A DNA stretch of 59,255 nucleotides, the filler included, from Basidiobolus ranarum (Eukaryota): assembly GCA_040143965.1 (NCBI GenBank). It is 11 parts of 11 records of this genome, joined end to end, with 100 filler letters (N's around TTAATTAATTAA, not from the genome) between each part and the next. Parts side by side here need not be neighbours in the genome. Positions count along the whole stretch, not along the records: positions 37,799 to 43,089 come from JASJQH010008519.1; positions 43,190 to 48,479 come from JASJQH010008520.1; positions 48,580 to 53,868 come from JASJQH010008521.1; 8 more parts are not named here. One strand, given 5' to 3'. Under the pieces are notes generated by a model that worked only from the letters and a program-made list of their open reading frames with translations, was not told the origin of the DNA and did not search any database. Numbering within the stretch: the first letter of the stretch is position 1; each line of letters begins with the position of its first letter. Positions 39,150 to 49,371 of this stretch are shown piece after piece. The translations under genes and the position numbers were made by a program.

Positions 39150-40910
39150 CTGATCACAACTTCACATTTCTAAAGTCGCTCAAGAGTGCACAAATTTTCC
39201 CAATAGGTTATGGAAGAGCTTGACAGAAAAAATTACAATTTTTCAAAGTTCTACATGCGTTACATGCTGGAAGACAGAGAGCTCTGGGATATTGTCTCTA
39301 TCAATGAAAATCAAACTTCTTACCCTTCTTTGCTGAATGCTTAAAAGAAAAGAGACAGGAGGCCTTCAATACCATTTGTCAAAGTTTGAGGATTCACAGC
39401 ATGTGAATTCTTACAATACAGCAACTTCTCCTAAGGCCTGGACCCTATATGAAGAGTGTGTGGAGGCAAAGAGTCTTGTTAATAGAATCTCTCTCACATA
39501 AAAACTCTTCAATTGAATGATGGTAAAGTCTGCAAGTAGGGTTTCTCATATTGCATATAGGAAATATTTGGCAAAACATCAGTGGTAGCAAGACTAATGT
39601 TTTAGCATCTCAGATGTAAGAATTGGTAAAAAGTGGAGGAAATGGGTATTTTGGAGCTGGAAAATGTAGCTTTGGCAAGTTCTATGGTTACATGACAAGA
39701 AAACCAGGTCTATGTTACTGTTATTGCAAACCAGCCCATCATATAAAGGACTGCAAATCAAAGGAATAAGAAGAAGAATAAGCAGTTAGAGTTTGCACAA
39801 AAATATAAGTGCCTGGGATAGCAAAAAATTGTTGTTAGTAAGTAAGGCACATCTAAGGAATGCAGCTTTGATTGTGTTCTATATGAATGTACAAATGGAG
39901 ATCAAAAAGGTAGTGACAGAGCTTCTGGAGCTTAGCAAGAAACTGTGTATAAGCCTATTTATAGTAGGCTGTCTAAATTCCCAGCCAATACTGCCACAGC
40001 TGATGAGATAGACTGGAAAATCTGTTATATCAGGTTGGGTCATCTAGGAAATCAAAAAAGGAGCAATTTAATAAAAGACAGGATGGTTTTGTTTTTTAAA
40101 GTTAAGCAGCAAGTTAATGGCTATACAGAGAGAAATAAATCCAGACTTATTGCAAGAGGACACCCTTAAGCAGAAGGAGTGGAATACTATAAGACATTTG
40201 CTTCAGTAGCAAAGTCTAATTCCATCTGAACCATACCAGCAGTAGTAATCAAACACAATACAAAAATCTATCATATTGATGTTAAAAAAGCCTTATTCAA
40301 AGGGAACTTTAAAGAGCATATATTTAGGGTTCAACCAAATAAATCTGCAGATCCTGAGCACCCCAAGGATATGTATAAGCTGCAGAATTCATTATAAGGA
40401 CTTAGATAATCACCCAGGGCCTGGTATAGAAAGATAGACACTTTGTAAAATCATTTGATTCTCACAAGAGTGAAGTGGATCTTGGTATCTGTTGAAAGAC
40501 AGATAGGGTCACTGAAGAAGAACCATTGGTTAAATTCAAGATGACAGATTAAGGCAAACTTATATCCTTTTTGAGCCTGGATGTTGCAATGTATAAATTA
40601 AGCCAATCTATAACTCTGAATCAATTAGATGACATTCCAGAAAATTCTCAGATGTTACAGGATGGTGAATTATAAGCCAATAGCAACTCTCAAAGATCTA
40701 GGTTTGAAATTAGTCAAAAATTGCATCAAACATGAAGCAAATTGCCCAAATATGGTATTATAAACCCCCTTTTCCCTTTTTACTACATGGTAGTAAGTGT
40801 GATATATGCATGACTGCAAGATGGACAGAGATCCTTTTTGCAATGGAGATAGTCAGCCAACATATGCAAACTCAGGTTCTCAGCATTGTGCAACATATCA
40901 AATTTGGATC
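39150..40910 (+). mobile_element. Internally deleted copia family B element (LTR end, PBS 39206, gag, GAG-pre-integrase, RT)
   Basis: MLEDRELWDIVS, CYCKPAHHIKDC, IRLGHLG joined directly to FKVKQQVNGYTERNKSRLIARG (integrase core missing). Confidence 0.8.
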
Positions 40911-40919
40911 CTGAATATG

Positions 40920-41975
40920 TGTTTTTATGGCAGATATCAACAGTAACTTTCAAGTATCTGAAAACCCAGTCAACTGCTATGATTTAATATGATCCACAAT
41001 TTTGTAGATATTGGTACCTAACTCCCACAGTATATGAAATATCTGGCCATAATCCAACCATGATAAGCAGCAAGCTACCAGCCATATATTGATAAGGAAA
41101 CTTCTGGCTTCCATTTGATTTCAAAAACATCTGATGTGAACAATTTTTGTTTAAGTTAAGATTTGGCTCCATTAGGTAGATACTAGATTGCATTCTACCA
41201 ATTTGAACTTCCTTATTTTATCAGGGATATACTTAGATTGGTTCAAAGTTGTTGTTTGGTAGCTGTATCTATCTTAATTTGGATTCAAAGATAGTGTGTC
41301 AGCTCACCATGATCATTGTTGAAACTTGGTAAATAGCAACACTTTAATTCACTTTTGACAATTTTTACTATTGTTCAAAACTTCTCCTAATCAACTCAAA
41401 TCTTCACCCTTGTTTGACAGGCATGTTTGTTACAATCTTAGCATATCCAATTGTCCTAATTCAAAGTAAACTATAAATAGTGCATATTCAATTCAATAAA
41501 CCCTAAGTGTCTAATTCACAAATCCAAGTCTTGGCCAAAACACTTCCAAATAACCTGAACACTTTTATCAGATCAGGCCTTATGAATTTGACAGATTAGC
41601 TGCTATTTGTTTTTCCCTAAATTCCTCAAGTTAAAGGTTGCTACAATATGGTCATCAAAAAATAAGGCTAGGAAAGCTGGATTGTCTTATGTGACTGAAG
41701 TATAGTCAGCAATATTCTTTTGAAACTTGGGTGTTTCCAAAAGAGTATCTATCTTGCTATTCCAAGCTCTTTGAGTTTGTTTAAGCTGTAGAGTGTTTTC
41801 CAAAGTCTGGGAACAATTTTTAAGGTTTCTGTGTCCACCAGTCCATCTGACTTGTTTATATAGACCTTCTCAGAAAGCTCACCACAAAAAAAAGCAGTTC
41901 TAACATCCAGTAGCTGTATAATCAACTGATATTTAGCTGAAATTGCTAAAATCAATCTAATTGAATTAAACATTA
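40920..41975 (-). mobile_element. Copia family A RT fragment interrupted by a family C solo LTR (41317-41570, plus strand)
   Basis: FNSIRLILAISAKYQLIIQLLDVRTAF, LWKTLYSL, PYQYMAGSL; homologous to 12760-13560. Insert matches 24257-24608. Confidence 0.85.
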
Positions 41976-42024
41976 ATACCAGGGCACAAGTCTCCCATCC
42001 ACGGCCCCTTTTGCACTCTGGGTT

Positions 42025-43089
42025 TGTTAAAATTAGGTAAATAGCAACTCATTATTTTGTAGTTAAATTGCTTATATACCAATTCTTTAGCACTCAGTAC
42101 TGTCATTCAAAAATGTTTGCTTATTGCTCCAATTGATTGATATATTAATTAGATCACTTTTACCAATTTTCACTATTTTCCCAAAACCTCTCCAAATCAC
42201 CTTGAATTTTCACCTGTACTTAACAGGCATATTTGTTACAATCTAAGCATGCTCATTAGTCCTATTTAATAGTGAACTATAAATAGGACATATTCAATTC
42301 AATAAAACTCAAGTGTCTAATTCACAAATCCAAATTTTTTCTAAAACACATCCAAGTCCTCTGAACACTATTATCAAGTAATGAGCCCCAAGCTAGCTGT
42401 TAAAGGAATGTACACTGGTACTATTACCAACATGTTTGCAACTGCAGAGAAGATTGCTGTTGAAGACTTTCACCTTTGGAAGTTGAATATGCAAATGCAG
42501 CTACAAGACAAGGACCTCTGGGGGTTTGTTACAGGAGAAGAAATAGAGCCAAATTGACTACCCAAAGCTATCTTGCTTTTCACAAGAAGGAGAGGAAGGC
42601 ACTCTCTACACTTTGTCTACTTCTCAGAGACCTTCCATTGTGGCACATACAATCAATCAATAACATCTAAAATGCTTGGGAAATATTTGAGAGACTATAT
42701 GGGACTATGGGTCTGGCTAATAGGCTAAGTTGTAGGTTAAAATTATTCTCAATTTAGATGAATTTTGATGATTCTATGCTTAAATAAATAAATTGGATAA
42801 AAACTATGGCTGATCAACTCTCATAAATTGGAGCATCTCTAAATGAAGAAGACTTATTTATGACACTACTTGGGTGTCTGCCTGACAAGTTTGGGAACCT
42901 CATAATTGCCCTGGACTCAAGATCAGAGCCATTAACAATCAAATATGTTGGTGCTAGGCTCTTGAATGTGGAATTAAGGAGATCTAATTGTCAGCAAAAA
43001 ATGCAGAACTGGCATTTTTTGGAGCTGTAAAACATCCAAAAGGATTCAGTAATGGTCCCCCTAACCAGAAATCAATCATCTGCAAGTAT
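42025..43089 (+). mobile_element. Copia family C 5' LTR (42025-42376), PBS-like AGTAATGAGCCCC and degenerate gag
   Basis: EDFHLWKLNMQMQLQDKDLW, KKERKALSTLCLLL, MTLLGCLPDKFGNLIIALDS. Confidence 0.88.
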
Positions 43090-43189
43090 NNNNNNNNNNN
43101 NNNNNNNNNNNNNNNNNNNNNNNNNNNNNNNNNTTAATTAATTAANNNNNNNNNNNNNNNNNNNNNNNNNNNNNNNNNNNNNNNNNNNN

Positions 43190-43297
43190 TGACAAAACTA
43201 TAAATGTCAACTTTCTACTCAATAAATCAACAAGTGAAAACCACCAATTCCTCTAATTCTCCAAACCACTTCCAACAGGCTCCCAAATACTTTAACA
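43190..43297 (+). mobile_element. Family A LTR 3' end
   Basis: Near-identical to the reverse complement of 11897-12004. Confidence 0.9.
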
Positions 43298-44522
43298 GTT
43301 CATATTTGCGGCCATAGCGAGAACGAGCATAGCCCTGTTGACCATTTTGATGGGAGATACCTCTCTCGTACTCGCTGTTATAGTCATCTTGCTCGTACTG
43401 GGGGTCAAAGCGAGAGCGAGAATTATTTTGCTGACCATTTCTGCGAGCCAGACCGCTTTCGAAATCAATTTGTGATTGTTGTTAGTTAGAAGGCATCCTT
43501 CGAATTAGATTGTATTAGTAGTGGTTCCTATCAATGAATTAGTATGAAAGTGCAGTGACATGCTTACTCATTGTTCCGTTTTATGGCTGAAAGTGGCTTG
43601 GAAAGTCATCATGTAAAGGCTAAGCCACCACTTTAAAGATATGTTGTTAACAACCATACACAATAGTTTCTAAAAATTTCTAATGACGAGTAGTGCACTC
43701 AGCTAAACATACACTTACCCCTTGGTTATTCTGATAAAGTGGATTTTGCTAATCAACACTGATTAATAAGCACAAACCTGCTTTGGCTTGAGGAATTGAT
43801 TTCGAGTTACTGATTATAAAGATTCAAATACATTCCCACTTCACTCCTCTATAGATTGACAAAGATCGTGATTATTCTAAGGAGAATCATACTTCACGCC
43901 AAATTGCAAGCACTACGGCATTTCACTTAGCTCAAACCATCTTGAAGTCAAGGATACAAAAGCTTACAAATTAAGTTCGATTGGGTAGATTTCAATGGTT
44001 TTCATAACAGAAAATAAAAGGAACAAATTGTAGGCATTGAATCAAACTAAAATATTCCCAACACATGAATCACATCGCTAAGCATAATTCAAACTGATGT
44101 CAGTGATACCCTTATGTTACCAATCTTTCAGTTGTTTGAGAGTGATCGACAGTCAAACCAATCAACAATCAAAGGATGTAAAGATAATTAATGTTCATGT
44201 GACACTCCAAATGTAACACACCGCCCTCATGAGTGAGGAAATCCATTTCATGCCTAACCCTAACCCTAAGCAACAATGACAAGTGTCTCAGCCATTAGTA
44301 TGAGACAACATATATTCGAAGGGAGATTGAATTAAGACATTGGATATTTATTACGTCGGAATCCTAATCGATAGGATGAGTAAGAACCTGTTGATGATGT
44401 ATAGAGGCTCAAAAATATATGGAATATGATCAACTTCATGGTGTTGGTAGAAATGAAGTGAAATGTGGTGTAAATATGGCGATAGGACTAAATGATGCTT
44501 ATTTTTAATGGCTATTGAGTGG

Positions 44523-45665
44523 TTATTCACCATCGACTACACCAGCTCCACTATCTCCATGGGCAAAGTTCCGTTGACATGCCTCAGTTTGGTAGTGGGG
44601 AGGTATATCTAAAGTAAGTGCGCCTTTGGGGGATATGGGGGACATAGGCTCATCTAAAAGCCAAGAGTCGATAGAAGGTGCAGGCACAGAAATAATGGCA
44701 GTCATTTCACGCTTGGCAATGTCACAAAGACCATCCAAAGGCAAGTCGTTCCAGTCATAACCAAAGGGATTCTCAAGCTCACCACCAATAGCCAGGATAC
44801 CGAACAAAGTAAACGATGCCAAAGACACTACTACAATCGATACCCAGCCTAAGCTATCAACAAGTTGGAAGGGTAGCATAAGAAGGTAAAACCACACGGT
44901 CTGACTCAAATGAATGGAATAAGCCACGGGAATAGGTGTGCGTAGAATACGTTCAAATCCAGTTAAACAATCTACCAAGTTGGTGACTCCATTCGTGAGA
45001 AGAGTGAACAAGGGGGCATCAATATTACCGGCATCCTTTTGATTCTGAATGAAAGCGGTCAAATGAATGGTAATTTCCAAAGGCAAGTTACTACCGGCTG
45101 TGTTACTTTCATGAGGAGGAACAATAGGGCGGAGCAAAGATTGCTCACGTTGATTTACAATGGATGTAGGTGTGCGATATCTTGACTGAGAACGTAAGAA
45201 GGGAACCATTTGGGGGGTAATGTCTGTATAGTCATACTCTTCACGTAAATAATGTTTGGTTGCGTAGGCAAAAGAAATCAAAAGATTAACCGCAGTTTGC
45301 TTGAGTTTGTGATCCTGAGGAGCTTTCTCGTTCACGTTTATCCAGATTAACCGGGTAAGATTACGTAAGTTAACCATTTGAGTACTCCATAAACGTCTGC
45401 CTTCCCAGTAACGGTCATAAGCAGTATTTGTTCTGAACACTAGTAACAGAGAAGTCACCATACCAAGGATAGTGATCAACTGACTACCCATTCCAACATT
45501 CCCAACGTATGTATCTATAGCGCAAATGGCGATAGTGAAAGTCGCTAACGAGATAACTTTCAGAATAATGCGAGGAATGATGGATTTTTTGAGTCTCAAG
45601 GCAAAGGGCCACCTCTGCTCGTACAAAGGAGGCATGTTGTACTCTTTTGTGAACTGTCTCAACAT
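44523..45665 (-). CDS. Bestrophin-like anion channel (YneE/VCCN/UPF0187 type), intronless
   Basis: LLLVFRTNTAYDRYWEGRRLW, ERILRTPIPVAYSIHL, GGELENPFGYDWNDLPLD; 380 aa. Confidence 0.95.
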   Translation of the reverse strand: MLRQFTKEYNMPPLYEQRWPFALRLKKSIIPRIILKVISLATFTIAICAIDTYVGNVGMGSQLITILGMVTSLLLVFRTNTAYDRYWEGRRLWSTQMVNLRNLTRLIWINVNEKAPQDHKLKQTAVNLLISFAYATKHYLREEYDYTDITPQMVPFLRSQSRYRTPTSIVNQREQSLLRPIVPPHESNTAGSNLPLEITIHLTAFIQNQKDAGNIDAPLFTLLTNGVTNLVDCLTGFERILRTPIPVAYSIHLSQTVWFYLLMLPFQLVDSLGWVSIVVVSLASFTLFGILAIGGELENPFGYDWNDLPLDGLCDIAKREMTAIISVPAPSIDSWLLDEPMSPISPKGALTLDIPPHYQTEACQRNFAHGDSGAGVVDGE

Positions 45666-45929
45666 CGTGTGGGTGTGTCTCGTTTGGCAGCTTCTATGTT
45701 GAGGAAAGAGAAAATTTTAAGCCGAGTTAAGAGAGGATTTGTCACGGAGGAATGGATGGATTGGTAATTCAAAGATAGAAACACCGGACCTTAAATAGCT
45801 TTGAAATTATCGAGATTCTTGTTTAGTTCATCGTACCACCTTCAACGCAAAACATTAATCCATTGGTTTCACAATTCATGAATGTCCGAACATTCCAAAA
45901 TGGATTAGATTCACTAACAATCAACTAGG

Positions 45930-45971
45930 GTAGTATGGAAGCCGTAGTATGGAAGCCGTAGTATGGGAGCC
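45930..45971 (+). repeat. 14-bp tandem repeat x3 upstream of bestrophin
   Basis: GTAGTATGGAAGCC GTAGTATGGAAGCC GTAGTATGGGAGCC. Confidence 0.9.
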
Positions 45972-47162
45972 ATCACATAACCATGTCCCCATCTCACTAG
46001 ACTCATAGAAGCTACTCTACTCTGGAAAGAGCCATAATCTTGTAAAATTAGATTACTCTCCATATTTGGTAAATGAGTCCCCATAACCTTTATTGACCAT
46101 TAGCAATCTTTGCTTCTCAATATATTGATTGAATACTCTTACATATATATATCATTATGTTTCATGGTCATCGCCATGAACGAATTTAATTGGGTATCTA
46201 AGTATAGTACTAGCCAGAATGAGTATATAGCCAACCTTCCTGATTTGACTCTAACAAGCTAACACTCACCTTAAGTCACTGATAATAATGCACAAATCGT
46301 TGATAAATATTCTCTTTGCAGGATAGTACGATAGATAGTACGATAGATTGAGCTATAAAGATGGTGAATTGAGTAATAAGAATAAGGAGGATGAGTGACG
46401 AGTGACAAGTATTATCAGTAACTTTGATCGGAAACCATTGAGAATGCTTATTTCAGAGAAGTTACAACCCACATATGTATTGTTCCCTACCAATAAGGAC
46501 CCGTGTTAGGAAGGTCAACGGGCCTAGTGTCGAAGAGTGATTGTTACTCAAATTCTATACCCTAACCCTTTGGCCTTTGCACTAACTTCAAAGGATCCTT
46601 AACCCTAACCCTCCCCCTAAATCTGATCGAAGGTAATTAGCGTGTGGAATCATTAGCGTGTAGAATCAACTTGGTTAATTTATAGCTAGATTCGGATAGA
46701 TTTGAGCAAATGCAACAAATATAGATATATCACCATGGATCTATAACTCTAACACTACTATACTTTCGATAGATTGTCACTAAAATGAACCTGAAAATTC
46801 AAGGGTATTTGCAAATATAGCTAAATGTGGAGTGAGGTGCGGCTGGCTTTATATGTGTAACAATAATGAGGGAGTAGCGAGGAAGCCAATGAAGGCTCAC
46901 GAAACCCATTGAAAAATACAGAAACAGATGTATCAAATAAAAAACTAATCCTAAGCGCCACTATCATGCAAGTATTAAACCTAGAATCTACCATTACCAG
47001 GGAGCATTACCAGGGAGTAATAACAACGAGAGAATCGCTAATAACGATATACAATAATAATACTAAGTCTATGAATTAATTAACAAGTAGAATGATGTAG
47101 TGAAACTATGATTTAGCTAATCTTCACCTACATTTAACATAGGTAAGGGGCTAGGGCTTCAG

Positions 47163-48341
47163 CTAATCATCATCTACATTTAACATAGGTAAAATAGATT
47201 TGCCTGAGCTTCGTCTAGGTGTCTTCTCACCGGAAAGGTCGACTAGTAAATCCTTAGCTCGAGTATGAACTGAGCCTCGACGATGTGCACGTAGTGTTCG
47301 TCTGCGATCTCGATCTCTCAATCTTGCAATCGCTTCGGTGTGATTGCGAGCGCGTCTTGCGGCATCAACATCATTACCACGACGCAAAACATCCAACAAG
47401 CTGTCCATAACGCCCTTCTCGTCGACTGCTGGGGAAGAATGATCGATGGGTGGCTCTGGATCTGGAACTTTTGAAGCAGCAATCTCCATTAACTTCTGAT
47501 TCTGTTGTTGCTTCCGTTTCTCTGCCTTTTCTCGTTTCTCTCTCTCAAGGCGATTATCTTTGAGTGCCTTCTCAAACGAAGCCATGAAGCTCTTGAAAAT
47601 TCCAAAGAACTCTTCAGGTGCCATGGTGGTGGGATCTTCCCCGTAGAGTTTCACGATTTTCTCATATTGGGTTTGCATCTTCTCATATTTGGTCTTGGCA
47701 TCATGAAGTTGTTCATCGGTGGTCACAAGGAATGCTTTCATTTGAACTGTAAATGGTTCTTGACTCTTTTCCGGAGTAGAATGGTGTTTCTCGATTTCTA
47801 GTTGAGTTTCCTCAAATTGTTCCTCTAGTTCCTTAAAGTCAGATTTCATTTCCTGGTAGCACACTTGACATCCACTATCCACTGGCTTCAATTCTTCCAA
47901 AAATTTCAGGATATGTGGGAATTTCTGTTCTATCGTGTTTACAAGAAAGTGAAGTAGTGTGGTCTGATTATGTTTTCCCTTAGTGTCGACTAATCTATTG
48001 ATACTATGAATTTTAAAGCCATAAGCGCTGCCACGAAACGATGTTCCATTCATAAAGTTTCCAACCACCAAGATGATTTCTAGCAACTTTGGGAACAATT
48101 CACTTTTCTCCAAAGCCTCGGATGCTTCTAGGATTGCCGTCAGATCTTCATTCAGTGCGATGTATCTTTCAAAATAAGTATATTTAAAGTGCATAGCTCG
48201 TAGACGCTGTTCATATCTATCGATCTTCATCATTTCCGCACAAAATGCATCAGGTTTAGCCAATTTCTCTTGATTATCTTTGTATTCAGCCAAAAGTCCT
48301 TTTTCTTCAGCAGATGGCATAAATTGTAAGAATTGACGAAG
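47163..48341 (-). CDS. Diaphanous-related formin, C-terminal FH2 plus DAD, 5' part missing
   Basis: LRQFLQFMPSAEEK, LLEIILVVGNFMNG, AYGFKIHSINRLVDTK, TTLLHFL, YGED...PEEFFGIF; DAD motif GVMDSLLDVLR. Confidence 0.93.
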   Translation of the reverse strand, partial: LRQFLQFMPSAEEKGLLAEYKDNQEKLAKPDAFCAEMMKIDRYEQRLRAMHFKYTYFERYIALNEDLTAILEASEALEKSELFPKLLEIILVVGNFMNGTSFRGSAYGFKIHSINRLVDTKGKHNQTTLLHFLVNTIEQKFPHILKFLEELKPVDSGCQVCYQEMKSDFKELEEQFEETQLEIEKHHSTPEKSQEPFTVQMKAFLVTTDEQLHDAKTKYEKMQTQYEKIVKLYGEDPTTMAPEEFFGIFKSFMASFEKALKDNRLEREKREKAEKRKQQQNQKLMEIAASKVPDPEPPIDHSSPAVDEKGVMDSLLDVLRRGNDVDAARRARNHTEAIARLRDRDRRRTLRAHRRGSVHTRAKDLLVDLSGEKTPRRSSGKSILPMLNVDDD

Positions 48342-48479
48342 GGATGAAACTTGAGAGAATCAGTATACAGTTCCTGAGCTATCAACAGCTCAAGTACCTT
48401 TCTACAAGTGGGGAGCAGGGAGATAGGTCTGTAGGAGCTTGGATCCAGGTGTTTTCCTTTTCCTTTGTAGAGTGGCAAA
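48342..48479 (-). mobile_element. LINE reverse transcriptase fragment abutting the formin exon
   Basis: LPLYKGKGKHLDPSSYRPISLLPTCRKVLELLIAQELYTDSLKFHP, a canonical non-LTR RT N-terminal block, without stops. Confidence 0.88.
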
Positions 48480-48580
48480 NNNNNNNNNNNNNNNNNNNNN
48501 NNNNNNNNNNNNNNNNNNNNNNNTTAATTAATTAANNNNNNNNNNNNNNNNNNNNNNNNNNNNNNNNNNNNNNNNNNNNT

Positions 48581-48937
48581 ACCTCGCACTGGCATTTATC
48601 AACATCTCAAATCTCTGATGACCTATTTGACCAATATGGTTGGGGTGAAGTAGTTCCAGATGGCTTTGGGCTAGCATATATGATCCGTGAAGGATCTTTG
48701 CACTTCAATTGCTCTGGTCTTGTAAATATGCAACCAAAGAAATTGCTTCAGTATCTTTCACAAAGCCTTATTGAAATGAGACAACTCATGGAAAATCAAC
48801 TAAATTTATCCAAGGATACCATTGAAGTTAAACCAGCAGTCATTAATTCAACTGAGAAGGTTGATTTCCTGGAGCATATTCCCAGCGCTATTATTCAGCA
48901 CCCAGTACCTTTCGCCGGAGAAGTTGCTGCTTGCTAA
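48581..48937 (+). CDS. Carnitine O-acetyltransferase, C-terminal fragment
   Basis: SHWHLSTSQISDDLFDQYGWGEVVPDGFGLAYMIREGSLHFN (LSTS motif and GWGEVVPDGFG typical of Cat2). Confidence 0.9.
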   Translation, partial: TSHWHLSTSQISDDLFDQYGWGEVVPDGFGLAYMIREGSLHFNCSGLVNMQPKKLLQYLSQSLIEMRQLMENQLNLSKDTIEVKPAVINSTEKVDFLEHIPSAIIQHPVPFAGEVAAC

Positions 48938-49371
48938 TTTATTGAGTGTATGGTAATTTACATCCCAAGCACATGTCCTTTCTTCCCACTGCATTTCTAT
49001 CACTTGTTTCATCGTCTTTATATTTAGTTTGACCGTGATGAATCTCCGATCATCTCATTATAACAATAACTCAACCTTGTAATATTCGACGGATCATATT
49101 TATATATATTAAAGCATTTTTCAATAACTCACGTATATAGCATTTTAATGTAGATAATCTCATAGTATATTTGCATACGTAAATAATCGGTTATTACTGT
49201 AGTGTACAGGAATACTAGTCGCGCAATAGAAGCTTAGAAAACATTAAGCAGTTGTGTATCGTATAGAAAATTGTCAACATAAACAATAACTTCACTACAT
49301 TAACCAGATTTTTTATTAGATTGATGTACGTTAATGAATTCTATATATGAATATGGCGTGAATAATGTCGA

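Noticed and set aside
44523-45665. Intronless bacterial-type bestrophin as horizontal transfer
   Set aside because: The YneE/UPF0187 family is widespread in fungi and composition matches host genes; no support without a phylogeny.
44252-46620. CCCTAA telomere-like hexamers at ~44252-44268, ~46560 and ~46601
   Set aside because: Only 2-3 units each and internal to the contig; not a telomere.
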